Sequence record: SRR2962707_1393
Length of the DNA: 64,000 bases
Reading direction: 5' to 3' (one strand)
In this document: one piece after another, positions 29,349 through 39,025 of the stretch
How positions within the stretch are numbered: position 1 is the stretch's first letter
How the letters are laid out: the number at the start of each line of letters is the position of its first letter
The notes under the pieces: model-generated
What the model was told of the DNA's origin: nothing
Seen by the model: the letters and a program-made list of their open reading frames with translations, nothing else
Database searches by the model: none
Program-made: the position numbers and the translations under genes

Positions 29349-30725
29349 TCATGATTTAGTCCTTATTGCTGGCAACTTAATAACGACTGAGAGGCCGCCA
29401 AGGGCGCTTTTTCCCAATTCAATATCGCCGCCATAGGCCTTAGCCGTATCTGCAACAATGGATAGACCAAGCCCTGTGCCTGGAACCGATTCGTCAAGGC
29501 GTTGACCGCGTTTAAGCGCCAAATCATAACCATCACTGGCGATACCAGGTCCATCATCTTCAATGACGAGCTTTAGCCAAGCACGACCATCGCTGGCGGT
29601 TTCATCACGATTTAAAGAAACAGAAATTTTTGACCGGCCCCACTTGCACGCGTTTTCGAGAAGGTTTCCGAGAATCTCCTCAAAATCTTCCTTTTCGCCA
29701 GCAAACATCGGCAAGGTTTCAATTGATTTGTATTCAATGATTTTATCGGGATTGAGCTTTTGCATGACGCGAACAAGCCGCGCCATCGCATCTCCAGCGT
29801 CAGTTCTAAAGGCAAGACTGCCGGCCTGCGCAGCGATACGTGCGCGGCCAAGATAGTGCTGTACCTGACTTTGCATCATTTGAGTCTGCGCCAGAATGAT
29901 TTTTGCATCCACCACCTTGTGCGCATCAGCTTCATTGGTGAGGACTGCTATCGGTGTTTTTAGAGAATGAGCAAGATTACCCACTTGCGTGCGTGCGCGT
30001 TCAACGGTTTGACGGTTGTTTTCGATAAGCACGTTCATTTCGCTGACCATCGGTTCGATCTCAGTTGGAAACTCGCCCTCTAGGGCGTTTGCGCGGCCGG
30101 ATCGAATTTCAAGCAATGACCGTCGCACCTTATCAAGTGGTTTTAAGCCAAACAGAATAATGACAACATTGATAAGCACCATGCCCGCGCCGAATATACC
30201 TAATAGAAACAAGGTATTCAGGGTAAAATTACGAATTTCAGCCTCAAATTCAGACTCATTAGCGCCTACCTGAAACAGCGCGATTGTGCCGCCACCGACG
30301 TCAATTTCACCCTCATGGACGCGGATATAGTCGCCGAATGGTCCAAGTATCGTGTAGGTTCGCACAAACTGTTCGTCATACGGTACTTCGTCCGTGGTTG
30401 GGCGTTTAATCTCTATATCAGCGATAGAAGGTGACGCTATGCTGAGTGCCTTATTGCCCAGCAATGTTACGCGCCAAAACCAACCGGTATTGGAAATGAG
30501 AAAATTTTCATCGCCCAAATTTGGCGTGCCAGTTAGATTACCAGCTTCATCAAGGCCAACAGCGCCAATAAGTGAATAAAGTTGAGCGTCTTGCAGATTT
30601 AGAAAATTCTTCTCAGCCCCGGCTCGATATTGCTCAAACAACAGCCAGCCCAACAAAAGCAGGGCGATGATTGTCCATGCGCTGGATAAAAATACGACCC
30701 GCTTTGTAAGGGAAAACCGCTTCAT
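29349..30725 (-). CDS. feuQ: Sensor histidine kinase FeuQ (PhoQ-like)
   Basis: RARTQVGNLAHSLKTP H-box, RLDESVPGTGLGL; follows feuP. Confidence 0.85.
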   Translation of the reverse strand: MKRFSLTKRVVFLSSAWTIIALLLLGWLLFEQYRAGAEKNFLNLQDAQLYSLIGAVGLDEAGNLTGTPNLGDENFLISNTGWFWRVTLLGNKALSIASPSIADIEIKRPTTDEVPYDEQFVRTYTILGPFGDYIRVHEGEIDVGGGTIALFQVGANESEFEAEIRNFTLNTLFLLGIFGAGMVLINVVIILFGLKPLDKVRRSLLEIRSGRANALEGEFPTEIEPMVSEMNVLIENNRQTVERARTQVGNLAHSLKTPIAVLTNEADAHKVVDAKIILAQTQMMQSQVQHYLGRARIAAQAGSLAFRTDAGDAMARLVRVMQKLNPDKIIEYKSIETLPMFAGEKEDFEEILGNLLENACKWGRSKISVSLNRDETASDGRAWLKLVIEDDGPGIASDGYDLALKRGQRLDESVPGTGLGLSIVADTAKAYGGDIELGKSALGGLSVVIKLPAIRTKS

Positions 30726-30731
30726 ACAAAT

Positions 30732-31415
30732 CTATTCAGCTTCGCTGTCGACTGGATTGTCATCGGATAACCGATAACCAAGACCGCGAACGGTCTCGAT
30801 CAAATTATGACCAATCTTTTTGCGAAGCCTTCCTACGAATACTTCAACCGTATTGGAATCTCGATCAAAGTCCTGATCATAAAGATGCTCAGTCAGTTCC
30901 GTGCGCGACACAACCTCAGACTGGTGATGCATTAAGTAGGATAGGACGCGAAATTCGTGGGACGTCAATTTCAAGGCGACACCATCGACCGTCGCCTTGG
31001 ATGCTTTTGTGTCCACCATCAGCGGGCCGCAACGCAGCTCTGAAGTGGCATGTCCAGATGCGCGGCGAATGAGTGCGCGAACCCGGGCTAGAATTTCTTC
31101 AATGTGGAAAGGTTTGGTGACATAATCATCGGCGCCGGCGTCCATGCCCGACACTTTATCGCTCCAGCGGTCTCGGGCTGTTAGGATAAGAACGGGCATC
31201 AATCGGCCATCGCTGCGCCAGCGTTGTAGCACGCTGATGCCATCCATGAGCGGCAAGCCAATATCAAGAATTACACAATCATAGGGCTCAGTATCACCGA
31301 GGAAATGGCCTTCTTCACCATTTGCTGCGCTATCGATGACATAACCAGCGTCTTGCAACGCCGTGCAGAGCTGGCGATTTAGATCCATATCGTCTTCGAC
31401 AACTAAAATGCGCAT
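30732..31415 (-). CDS. feuP: Response regulator FeuP (PhoP-like)
   Basis: MRILVVEDD, GEEGHFLGDTEPYD, HLYDQDFDRDSNTVEVFVGRLRKK. Confidence 0.9.
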   Translation of the reverse strand: MRILVVEDDMDLNRQLCTALQDAGYVIDSAANGEEGHFLGDTEPYDCVILDIGLPLMDGISVLQRWRSDGRLMPVLILTARDRWSDKVSGMDAGADDYVTKPFHIEEILARVRALIRRASGHATSELRCGPLMVDTKASKATVDGVALKLTSHEFRVLSYLMHHQSEVVSRTELTEHLYDQDFDRDSNTVEVFVGRLRKKIGHNLIETVRGLGYRLSDDNPVDSEAE

Positions 31416-31484
31416 GACGGTCAAACTCCCAAAATCGAATCCTATCGCAATGCTTTTATCAGTAAAAGCATAGGGGCGACTATA

Positions 31485-31751
31485 TTAATGGGGAAGATAG
31501 ACGACTTCTCGCTTTGGGCGGCTGCCATCGGAGCCTTGAACAAGCACCACGACTTTGCAAACCGATGCGCCATTTTTAGTTGCGTCTTCAGCTGCAGCTA
31601 ATGATGCGCCCTTGGAATTGGCGTAACTCTGACCAATTTGAAAACAACTCTGTGCGGCGTATGCGCGCTCTGTTGTCGCCATATTGGGCAATGCCATTGC
31701 AACCACTATTGCGAGGGATGCTATCGATTTGTGTAATAGGTTTATCATCAT
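31485..31751 (-). CDS. feuN: Small periplasmic modulator FeuN
   Basis: Signal peptide, two cysteines, VCKVVVLVQGSDGSRPKREVV C-terminus; directly upstream of feuP. Confidence 0.72.
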   Translation of the reverse strand: MMINLLHKSIASLAIVVAMALPNMATTERAYAAQSCFQIGQSYANSKGASLAAAEDATKNGASVCKVVVLVQGSDGSRPKREVVYLPH

Positions 31752-31774
31752 GTTTCGTATTTAGCGGGCCGCAC

Positions 31775-31790
31775 CTGAATACAACATGAA
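31775..31790 (-). promoter_or_regulatory. Direct repeat TTCA-N7-TTCA, candidate FeuP autoregulatory box
   Basis: Minus strand TTCAT-GTTGTA-TTCAG, 11-bp period typical of OmpR/PhoP-family sites, ~25 nt upstream of feuN. Confidence 0.45.
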
Positions 31791-31815
31791 CGACCCGCAA
31801 TGATTTTGCAATTCT

Positions 31816-32022
31816 CTAGCTAATTTTTGATGCTGCTGTCACGCGGCCAAAAATGGCAATAAGGCCGGCAATCGTCGAAACAATTTGCAGAGCACCATCG
31901 GTTACACCTTGCCGCGCAATTTCATCAATGGGAATGCCAAAGAAAGAGGCGATCGTGGCCGCTACACTGACGAGTGAGGCCCAAATAGTTTTTGATAAAT
32001 ACCATGGCTTTTGATTGTCCAT
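31816..32022 (-). CDS. Small 2-TM holin-like protein, last gene of the GTA cluster (68 aa)
   Basis: MDNQKPWYLSKTIWASLVSV...LIAIFGRVTAASKIS; RBS AAAGGA; the ORF-track start at 32193 is too long. Confidence 0.65.
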   Translation of the reverse strand: MDNQKPWYLSKTIWASLVSVAATIASFFGIPIDEIARQGVTDGALQIVSTIAGLIAIFGRVTAASKIS

Positions 32023-32080
32023 CGTTTTTCCTTTCGTTTTATGGGGAGATTTATTTTCGGTATCCACCGCGGTGCGCGCA

Positions 32081-35000
32081 TTAAAGCGGCAGATTAAGTG
32101 CTGCGTTGGCCGGTAGGCCGCGCCCAACGCGCTGGCTGATTTGCAAAATGCGAACATTGAGGCTCTGAGGGCGTTCAGCGAAAGCCGCATCAATAGCTGT
32201 CCAAGCGATTGAAATATGAGGCTCTAACGCTGTCTCAGCCCACACCACGTTGCCTGCTTCATCAAGCAGTTCGACGCTATATTCCTCGATTTCCTCAGCA
32301 AGAGGAATATCGCTGCCAAGCCAGCTATCGGCATTTTGGCGCGAGCGCCTTATCCAGCCGATTTCCAAAGTGCTTTCGTCGCTACTGATAATCTGGATAT
32401 GGACAGGTGACAGAGGCATAAAGGCCCGCATGCCGCCGACCGCGCTGATGCTAGTAAAATATCGGTCTGAAAACTCTTTTCCAACGGGACCAATGCGGTA
32501 ATTGATCGGCAATCCAATTTGACTTTCGGTGATGTTGACCGGCACCAGAGCGTCATTAAGTAAGACAACAGGTGCGCCCGCAGCTGCGCCGCTGAGCATT
32601 GCATCCTCGGTGCCGCCCTGCCCGCGAAGAAGATTTGTAAGTCGCCATTGGTTATCCGCAATCTCCTCGGCCATTTGGAATTGGATGATTTCCCATTCCC
32701 CATTATTGGCTTTAACGGCAAGACTGTTTCGGCCTGCAAACACCAGTTCCAAATCAACCGACTGAAATTCACCGTCAATGAGCGTGACTAAAAGTGCGGT
32801 TGCATTGTCCAAACGACCGGAAAAACTGCCGATAATAGCGTTGCTCAAATGTCCGATAATAGCATTTTCTGAAATGGATATTTGAAGCGCATAGCCGCTT
32901 TCAACAGGCGATGCGTAAACGGCTTGTGCCTGTCCTTCATGAGCATAGCTTGCCAATTTGAATTGCTCTAAGGGTAGATCTTGAGAGCCAAGCGGCAAAT
33001 CCAGAAAATACACTTCTGGCGGTCCGCCAAATTGGCCTTGATCGGCAGCACTGACATTTTGTTTAGGCAAGTTTGTGGTTTTGGAAATCTGCTTTGGTTT
33101 TGAAATGCTGCGCGCTTCAATACCGACCGTTGTCGTCAATGTAATGCGCTCTATGAGCCAGTGGTTCGCCGGATCTTCATCAAATGCGACAACATCGCCG
33201 CTGACCAAATGACAATAGCGCTGCGGCAGAGCAAATTTGATCTGCGTCCTTCCTGACCACAGGTGCGAGAGCATTTTATCGGCAAAGGCATTGGCAATCG
33301 CCTCTTCGGCAAGAATTGGTAATTCATAGGTCATCTGCCCGCCATTGGTCGTTTCGAGGCGGCGTGAATAGGAGGTCGCAGACCGATATTCCTGCAGCGG
33401 ATCGCGGTAGCCAAGAATGATCTCGCTGGGCAGTTCATTAAGCTGCGCATAGGTTTGAGCGGTATAGGCCTCGCCATCTGAATCAACAAAATCTTGTTTG
33501 GGAATGATGATAGGCTGGTAGGCTTGCAGCCCATTGAATTGCAGCGATTTTTGGCCACCTTCATCGCAAGCCAAAGCGCCGAAGATCTGCATAAGCGGTT
33601 CGATAGAGTCGCGAATGCTGGCCGGCGATGCGATAATCATTCCAGTTGCGCTGCCGTCAACATTTTCAATAGCAGGTATTGCCAAATCATGGTCTGCAAA
33701 AATAGCGGCAAACAAATCGCCAGCCGGCGCGCTGCCCAGACGACCGTTAAGCCAATGGCCGCGCATCCAATTGTCACCATCTGCCCAAGCTTGGCGATTA
33801 AGCGGAAAGACGGGAAATGGCCGCGCGTCCCATGCCCAATGATAAAGCCTGCTTGGCTCCACCATTGGCAAACCAGTCGCAGTTGAAACAGGATTTTTGT
33901 CTATGCCGCCTGTCCAATAATTATAATGCGCGCTGAGAAAATGACGCTGCTCGATATCATCGCGCGTGCCGTTTGAATTTGCTGGTATTTGGCTTTCTGC
34001 CGATTTTGTATCAACAAAGGCATTGGGCTGTGCCGCGCTATTGTGAATAGAAGCACAGCCGATTTCGGAAAACCAGATTTGCTTGGATTGTGGTTGCCAC
34101 GCAGTCGGGGTCGGCTCTTCCACACCGCCGATCCGATTATAGTGATAATTAGACCACCAGGACTTCAAATCCTTGTAGCGGAATACCCAATCCTTGCCGT
34201 AGGCGCCATCCGTGATGGGGGTTCGGATGCGCGCTTGTCGGTCTTCTGGCGATGCATAATACCAATCATAGCCTTCACCGGCAGAAATCGCTGTCGCAAA
34301 CGCATTGACATCTGAACGCCACCTCGCGCCGTCAGGATTAGAATTGCCAGCTTCCATATCGCTTTCGCGCCAATCGCTGAGCGGCATATAATTATCGATG
34401 GCGATGGCGGTGATATTCGGATCACTCCACAGCGGATCGAGGTGGAAAAACACATCGCTACGGCCATCTGTTGGCTGATAGCCGAAATATTCACTCCAAT
34501 CAGCGCCATAAATGATCGCGCAATCTGGCCCGACGATTTGCCTTACATCGGCAGCCAAACTGACAAGTTCCTCGACAAAGGGGAAAGCATTATGGGCATC
34601 ACGCAAAGTTGTGAGGCCGCGCATTTCGCTGCCGATGATCAGCGTATCGACACCGCCTGCTTCGACCGCCAATTTGGCATAATGCAAAATCATGCGCCGA
34701 TAACCGAAATCGTTTAAAGAGGCAGCTGCGCTTGTTCCGACAAAATTATTAATCTGATTGCGCGCTTCTATGGTTTTATCTGCCGTTTCAGCACGGTCAG
34801 TGGATGGATAACAAGTGATCCGGCCGCGCCATGGATAGGCAGCTTGTATGTTTTCCGAATAAGGATCAGGCAGCACATTTTCGCTTGGCACATCAACCAG
34901 AATGAATGGGTTGAGCGTAACCTTGAGGCCGCGTGATTTCAAATCGTTAATCGCAGCAATGACGCTTTCATCGCTGGGTGTCCCGCCATAGGCAGCACTG

Positions 35001-35953
35001 CCATCAATGGCAGAAATCAGATGTGCATCAGCGCTACTGCGCGATAAGCCACTGACAGACCAATTTGTACTTTCGCTTTGGCTATCGCGCGAGGTAACTC
35101 TTGGCCTAATCGTTGCTTCACCGGCCCGAAGATCGTTGCAATACCACGCGGCGACCAAAGAGACATGTTCAAGATTTGGGCAAACCGCCTGCAATTCATC
35201 AATCGATGCATGCCAATCACTATCGGCGTAAAGCTGGTGGCGATTGACCTCAATTGTCGTTCCAGACGAAGACTTTATCGTAACCGGCGATGGATCAAGG
35301 CCATGCTCTGTTGCACCGGGAATCACCGACATTGCGCGGATGTGTGGTTCAAGCGCGCCAGTCGAGCGGATAACTTCAAACTGCATTTGCGGAATGCGGT
35401 TACCGAAGCGCTCTAATGCCAGCCGTTCAAAAACGACATAGGCAATACCATTATAAGCAGGCGCATTATCTGCCCCCTGTTTTGCTTGAATGAGCGGGTC
35501 GAGCTGTTGTGATGGCGTTCCGCGATAAATGCGGCATTCAATATCGCGCAGATCCAGCTCTTTGCCATCGGCCCAAATGCGTTTAACAAGCGCGATCTCA
35601 CCTTCGCAAAGTCCAAACGCGACATTACCAAAATAGCTATAGCTGGTTACTTTAGGTCCGCCCTTCGCGCCCTCGCGGCGAGTTGATTTTTGTTCTTCAA
35701 GCTGTGTCGCCCAAATGATTGTTCCAGTTACCCGCGCATTTCCATAGACCCTTGGCACTGGTGCGCCGTCTTCAGCAGAGATCGTGCGTGCGCCAGAAAG
35801 TCTGCTGCCTTCGATGGTCCGCGTGGAGCTGATAAGCGATTTATCAAGGCGATAACCCGCCGCCGAACCGATAGACGCGCCGATAGCCGAACCAATGGGA
35901 CCGAACGCACTGCCAAGCGTTGCGCCGACGGCCTGAAGTACCAGCGTTGCCAT
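32081..35953 (-). CDS. GTA baseplate/host-specificity megatron (g15-like)
   Basis: 1290 aa; MATLVLQAVG N-terminus, TIM-barrel motifs IGSEMRGLT, YGADWSEYFG, IDNYMPLSDWR, WDARPFP, GHWLNGRLG. Confidence 0.92.
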   Translation of the reverse strand: MATLVLQAVGATLGSAFGPIGSAIGASIGSAAGYRLDKSLISSTRTIEGSRLSGARTISAEDGAPVPRVYGNARVTGTIIWATQLEEQKSTRREGAKGGPKVTSYSYFGNVAFGLCEGEIALVKRIWADGKELDLRDIECRIYRGTPSQQLDPLIQAKQGADNAPAYNGIAYVVFERLALERFGNRIPQMQFEVIRSTGALEPHIRAMSVIPGATEHGLDPSPVTIKSSSGTTIEVNRHQLYADSDWHASIDELQAVCPNLEHVSLVAAWYCNDLRAGEATIRPRVTSRDSQSESTNWSVSGLSRSSADAHLISAIDGSAAYGGTPSDESVIAAINDLKSRGLKVTLNPFILVDVPSENVLPDPYSENIQAAYPWRGRITCYPSTDRAETADKTIEARNQINNFVGTSAAASLNDFGYRRMILHYAKLAVEAGGVDTLIIGSEMRGLTTLRDAHNAFPFVEELVSLAADVRQIVGPDCAIIYGADWSEYFGYQPTDGRSDVFFHLDPLWSDPNITAIAIDNYMPLSDWRESDMEAGNSNPDGARWRSDVNAFATAISAGEGYDWYYASPEDRQARIRTPITDGAYGKDWVFRYKDLKSWWSNYHYNRIGGVEEPTPTAWQPQSKQIWFSEIGCASIHNSAAQPNAFVDTKSAESQIPANSNGTRDDIEQRHFLSAHYNYWTGGIDKNPVSTATGLPMVEPSRLYHWAWDARPFPVFPLNRQAWADGDNWMRGHWLNGRLGSAPAGDLFAAIFADHDLAIPAIENVDGSATGMIIASPASIRDSIEPLMQIFGALACDEGGQKSLQFNGLQAYQPIIIPKQDFVDSDGEAYTAQTYAQLNELPSEIILGYRDPLQEYRSATSYSRRLETTNGGQMTYELPILAEEAIANAFADKMLSHLWSGRTQIKFALPQRYCHLVSGDVVAFDEDPANHWLIERITLTTTVGIEARSISKPKQISKTTNLPKQNVSAADQGQFGGPPEVYFLDLPLGSQDLPLEQFKLASYAHEGQAQAVYASPVESGYALQISISENAIIGHLSNAIIGSFSGRLDNATALLVTLIDGEFQSVDLELVFAGRNSLAVKANNGEWEIIQFQMAEEIADNQWRLTNLLRGQGGTEDAMLSGAAAGAPVVLLNDALVPVNITESQIGLPINYRIGPVGKEFSDRYFTSISAVGGMRAFMPLSPVHIQIISSDESTLEIGWIRRSRQNADSWLGSDIPLAEEIEEYSVELLDEAGNVVWAETALEPHISIAWTAIDAAFAERPQSLNVRILQISQRVGRGLPANAALNLPL

Positions 35954-36437
35954 TTATATCTCCAAGATTTTATTGCTAGTGTGGGCCATGTGCGGATAGC
36001 TAAACACGCCCGATATGCGACGGCGCCAGCTGGGCACGAGTGCCACTTCGCACACTGCATGACGCTCAAAAGCATGTAGCATTTTGTTTTTACCGGCATA
36101 GATTGCCAAATGTTTTGAAACCGAAAACGGGCTCCATCTGAAAATCAAAAATATCGCCCGGCCTGAGCGCTGAAAATGATGATGCGATGAGATGCGTATG
36201 GGCCGCCTCAAGCAGATGATCGCGGCTTGCGCATTCCGCCCAATCGGGCGCATACATCGCATCAAGTTTTGGGACGTATTCGCTCAGCTCTCGCCAAACA
36301 CCGACAACAAAACCCAAGCAATCGCAGCCTATATGTTTTGTGCTGGCTTGATGGCGATAGGGCGTACCAATCCAACTTCGCGCTGAAGCAAGCACCTGCG
36401 CTTCTTGCGCATTAAGGGACAAGAGGCGCACCGTCAT
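35954..36437 (-). pseudogene. GTA NlpC/P60 cell-wall peptidase (g14-like), split by a +1 frameshift
   Basis: N-half WIGTPYRHQAS..GCDCLG..LRPGDI in one frame; C-half LIFRWSP..KHLAI..MLHA..VPSWRRRISGVF in another; junction at the A5 run 36147-36151; may be a sequencing error. Confidence 0.75.
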
Positions 36438-37314
36438 AGGTGGTTTGTCCATCAGAATAAGTCAAAGCCTTTTCATTGCCTGGCATATGGGGAAAACCAC
36501 GAAACGCTTGACCATTGTCAAATTTTGATTTGCAGGTGGCGAAACTTTTATCGCAGCCAACCGACAAGCGCACAGCGTCACCCACTTCCGGCGCAAAAGG
36601 CAGAGCGTGAACCAATGACATGACGATTTTGCCTTCGCCCGATGTCGCCTCCGAGGCCGCAATAGCACATGATTGACCAGCCATTTTGCCGCTTTGCCAA
36701 AGCGCGTGACCATTGGCAAAATGCCCTTTGCTGAATACGCCATCGGCATCAATGGTAATCGTTTGCGTGGCATTGCTTAGGCTTGCCACAATGGTTCCGA
36801 CAACCGAGCGCTGATTAATGTTCATGTCAACGCCGCAGTTAACATCGCCTAAATTGGCGTCGCAATGTTTGCGGAAATAACGCCCGTGCGGCGTATCGAG
36901 CAATGCTGAATAGCTGCGCAGCTCTACCTTATATTTATTGTCTGCTAAAGTGATCTCGCCCACATAATGACGGCGCAGCAAGCCGTATTCATTGGGTACA
37001 CTCCAGTTGACAATGTATTGATAGATGAACGCGCCATCATAGCGATTTGCGGCTATGTCATCGGCGGAAATGCGCGTGGACGATAAGACGCCTTCAACAT
37101 CGCTTGTATCACCGGCCAAACCCAACGCGCTTTCAATCGCACCGGCGTTAAATCCAGTTTCTGGTTCGCACAAAATATCATCCACAAGCAGCGCTTGATC
37201 ATGATCTGTAAAGCCGAGTTTTTTGCCGTCTTTGCGCTCAATAATCCATGCGTAGCAAAGTGTGGTCACGTCGTTCGCTAGATGCGCAGTCAAATCTCCC
37301 AAGTCGAGGCTCAT
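36412..37314 (-). CDS. GTA baseplate hub protein (g13, DUF2163-like)
   Basis: TTLCYAW..LGFTDHD, CDANLGD..C, GCDKSFATCKSKFDN..FRGFPHMPG. Confidence 0.88.
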   Translation of the reverse strand: MSLDLGDLTAHLANDVTTLCYAWIIERKDGKKLGFTDHDQALLVDDILCEPETGFNAGAIESALGLAGDTSDVEGVLSSTRISADDIAANRYDGAFIYQYIVNWSVPNEYGLLRRHYVGEITLADNKYKVELRSYSALLDTPHGRYFRKHCDANLGDVNCGVDMNINQRSVVGTIVASLSNATQTITIDADGVFSKGHFANGHALWQSGKMAGQSCAIAASEATSGEGKIVMSLVHALPFAPEVGDAVRLSVGCDKSFATCKSKFDNGQAFRGFPHMPGNEKALTYSDGQTTYDGAPLVP

Positions 37315-37919
37315 AGGCGCACCTCCAGCAACGAAATATCGCTGACCTCGCCTGCATCATGGGCGGTTTTAGTGGCGATTAATTGCTGATTTTCAAAACG
37401 CACAGGCACATGAAACTCAAAGCCTGCGGTAACTGTGACGCCAATCTCAACGGGTGAATCGAAGATTAAAATGCCAGCTTCATCAACACTAAACCCACGG
37501 CCGATGGCTTCACCATTCAAGGCAACTACAAGCGTCGACAAAGCGGGTTTTGATATGATACGCCCCGATTTTAGCTTTAATTGAAAGGCTGTCTTTGTCC
37601 CGTCGCCCGTCCCAAGTGACACATCAACTGGACTGATATCATTGCCATCAATTGCTGTGCTATTCAAAATGGGATCTTTAAATCTGAACCCGTGCAATGC
37701 CCCTCCGCGCGCCTCATAAAACGCTAATAATTCGCGAATTTCATTAAGTGGGCGGCGGCCAACCATCAGCGTATAGCGCCACAGCGAGCGCGACCACCGG
37801 CTGTTTCTTTGCTCATGGCCCGATTTTAACCGCACGGCATCCACATGGAGTTCTGGACCACCCTCAACGCCAAATGCGAGTCGCGAGGGAAAAACGACAT
37901 CGTGAAAATCTACGCTCAT
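37311..37919 (-). CDS. GTA distal tail protein (g12, DUF2460-like)
   Basis: FHDVVFP, GGPE, SGHEQRN, AFYEARGG, TAGFEFHVPVRF. Confidence 0.88.
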   Translation of the reverse strand: MSVDFHDVVFPSRLAFGVEGGPELHVDAVRLKSGHEQRNSRWSRSLWRYTLMVGRRPLNEIRELLAFYEARGGALHGFRFKDPILNSTAIDGNDISPVDVSLGTGDGTKTAFQLKLKSGRIISKPALSTLVVALNGEAIGRGFSVDEAGILIFDSPVEIGVTVTAGFEFHVPVRFENQQLIATKTAHDAGEVSDISLLEVRL

Positions 37920-37928
37920 TGATCGCTC

Positions 37929-38477
37929 CTAAATTGAACGCTGCGCACGCGCGACAGCCCGTGCAACACTCGCGGATATTTGCCCTGATGAGCGCATGAA
38001 ACTTTGTGCGTCCGGCGTTGTAATATTGATTGATACATTGGCTGGGCGAGCGCCCGCGGCTCTGGCGTTGGCAACGCCCAGTCTTCCATCTGCACCACGC
38101 TTTAACGGCAAAATGGCTTCTGCGCCCGCTTCGCCCATCAAGCCAATCGCATTGCCGTTCGGAAAATAGGTCGGCGCGCTCACAACCCCGCCCTCAGCAA
38201 AGGGCGTGATGCGCGAGAAGCTCGATACGATGTTGCCGCCAAGATTACCCAAAATATTTTGAAATGGTGATAGGCCCGCGCTTAATGCTGAGCCTGCCAT
38301 AGACAAAGCAATTGAGCGCAGCGTGTCTTCAAACGATTTGCCTGAAACAATAGCGCCTTTCAGTGCGCTGGTGATCGTCGTTCCGAAGCCTTCTGCCTGT
38401 TTTTGCAGATTGCGCAATGCGATCTCAAACCCTTGCGTATCCGCATCAATGGCGACTGTTAGTGTTTGGTCATTCAT
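37929..38477 (-). CDS. GTA short tape measure protein (g11)
   Basis: 182 aa; PFAEGGVV..PTYFP..GLMGEAGAEAILPL..TPDAQSF. Confidence 0.85.
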   Translation of the reverse strand: MNDQTLTVAIDADTQGFEIALRNLQKQAEGFGTTITSALKGAIVSGKSFEDTLRSIALSMAGSALSAGLSPFQNILGNLGGNIVSSFSRITPFAEGGVVSAPTYFPNGNAIGLMGEAGAEAILPLKRGADGRLGVANARAAGARPANVSINITTPDAQSFMRSSGQISASVARAVARAQRSI

Positions 38478-38697
38478 TGGTTTGATCCTTTAGATTGGTT
38501 TGCTCATCAGGAAATGCGGCCATGAGCGCATCAAGGCTAGCGCGCTGCATTTGCGGCATTGAAACGCCTGCATAGGCACGCAAGGCATGGGCGATTTCGC
38601 GCGGAGTCATGGCCCAAAAGTCTTGACTGGAAAGTCGCATGAGACCCAAGCCGAACGCCATCACTTCATGCCAGGGAAAAGGCTCAATTTTCGCCAT
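38470..38697 (-). CDS. GTA tail assembly chaperone (g10.1-like)
   Basis: FPWHEVMAFGLGLMRLS..FWAMTPREI..LMAAFPD. Confidence 0.8.
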   Translation of the reverse strand: MAKIEPFPWHEVMAFGLGLMRLSSQDFWAMTPREIAHALRAYAGVSMPQMQRASLDALMAAFPDEQTNLKDQTNE

Positions 38698-39025
38698 TTT
38701 GAGATGGGCTCTCGGTTGCACCAAAGGTAACGGTTAATAGGTCTGAAACAATTTTCGCATAGCCATTAATGCCGCCATCAGCCTGCATTTCGGCAACCTC
38801 TTCGCGGGTAAATGTATGGCCCGCCCCCAACAGGCCCGCATGGATAATCGAAATGAGATCTGATGCGGATAATTGTCCAGAGGCAAAACGCGCCGATAAA
38901 GCATTTAGGTTTTCAACTTGAAAGCAATGTTCCAAATGAGCAAGCGCACCAAGCGTCAAACAAAGGCAGCGCTGTTTGCCGCCTAAATTGGCGGCAATTT
39001 CACCGCGGTGGCGATTGATCATCAT
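38684..39025 (-). CDS. GTA tail assembly chaperone (g10, GTA-gp10 family)
   Basis: NRHRGEI..LCLTLGALAHLE..LLTVTFG. Confidence 0.85.
   Translation of the reverse strand: MMINRHRGEIAANLGGKQRCLCLTLGALAHLEHCFQVENLNALSARFASGQLSASDLISIIHAGLLGAGHTFTREEVAEMQADGGINGYAKIVSDLLTVTFGATESPSQNGEN

Noticed and set aside
38684-38724. Programmed -1 frameshift joining tail chaperones g10 and g10.1 (lambda G/GT style)
   Set aside because: g10.1 lies in the +1 frame, the -1 frame stops within a few codons, no canonical slippery heptamer was seen, and g10.1 has its own ATG at 38697.
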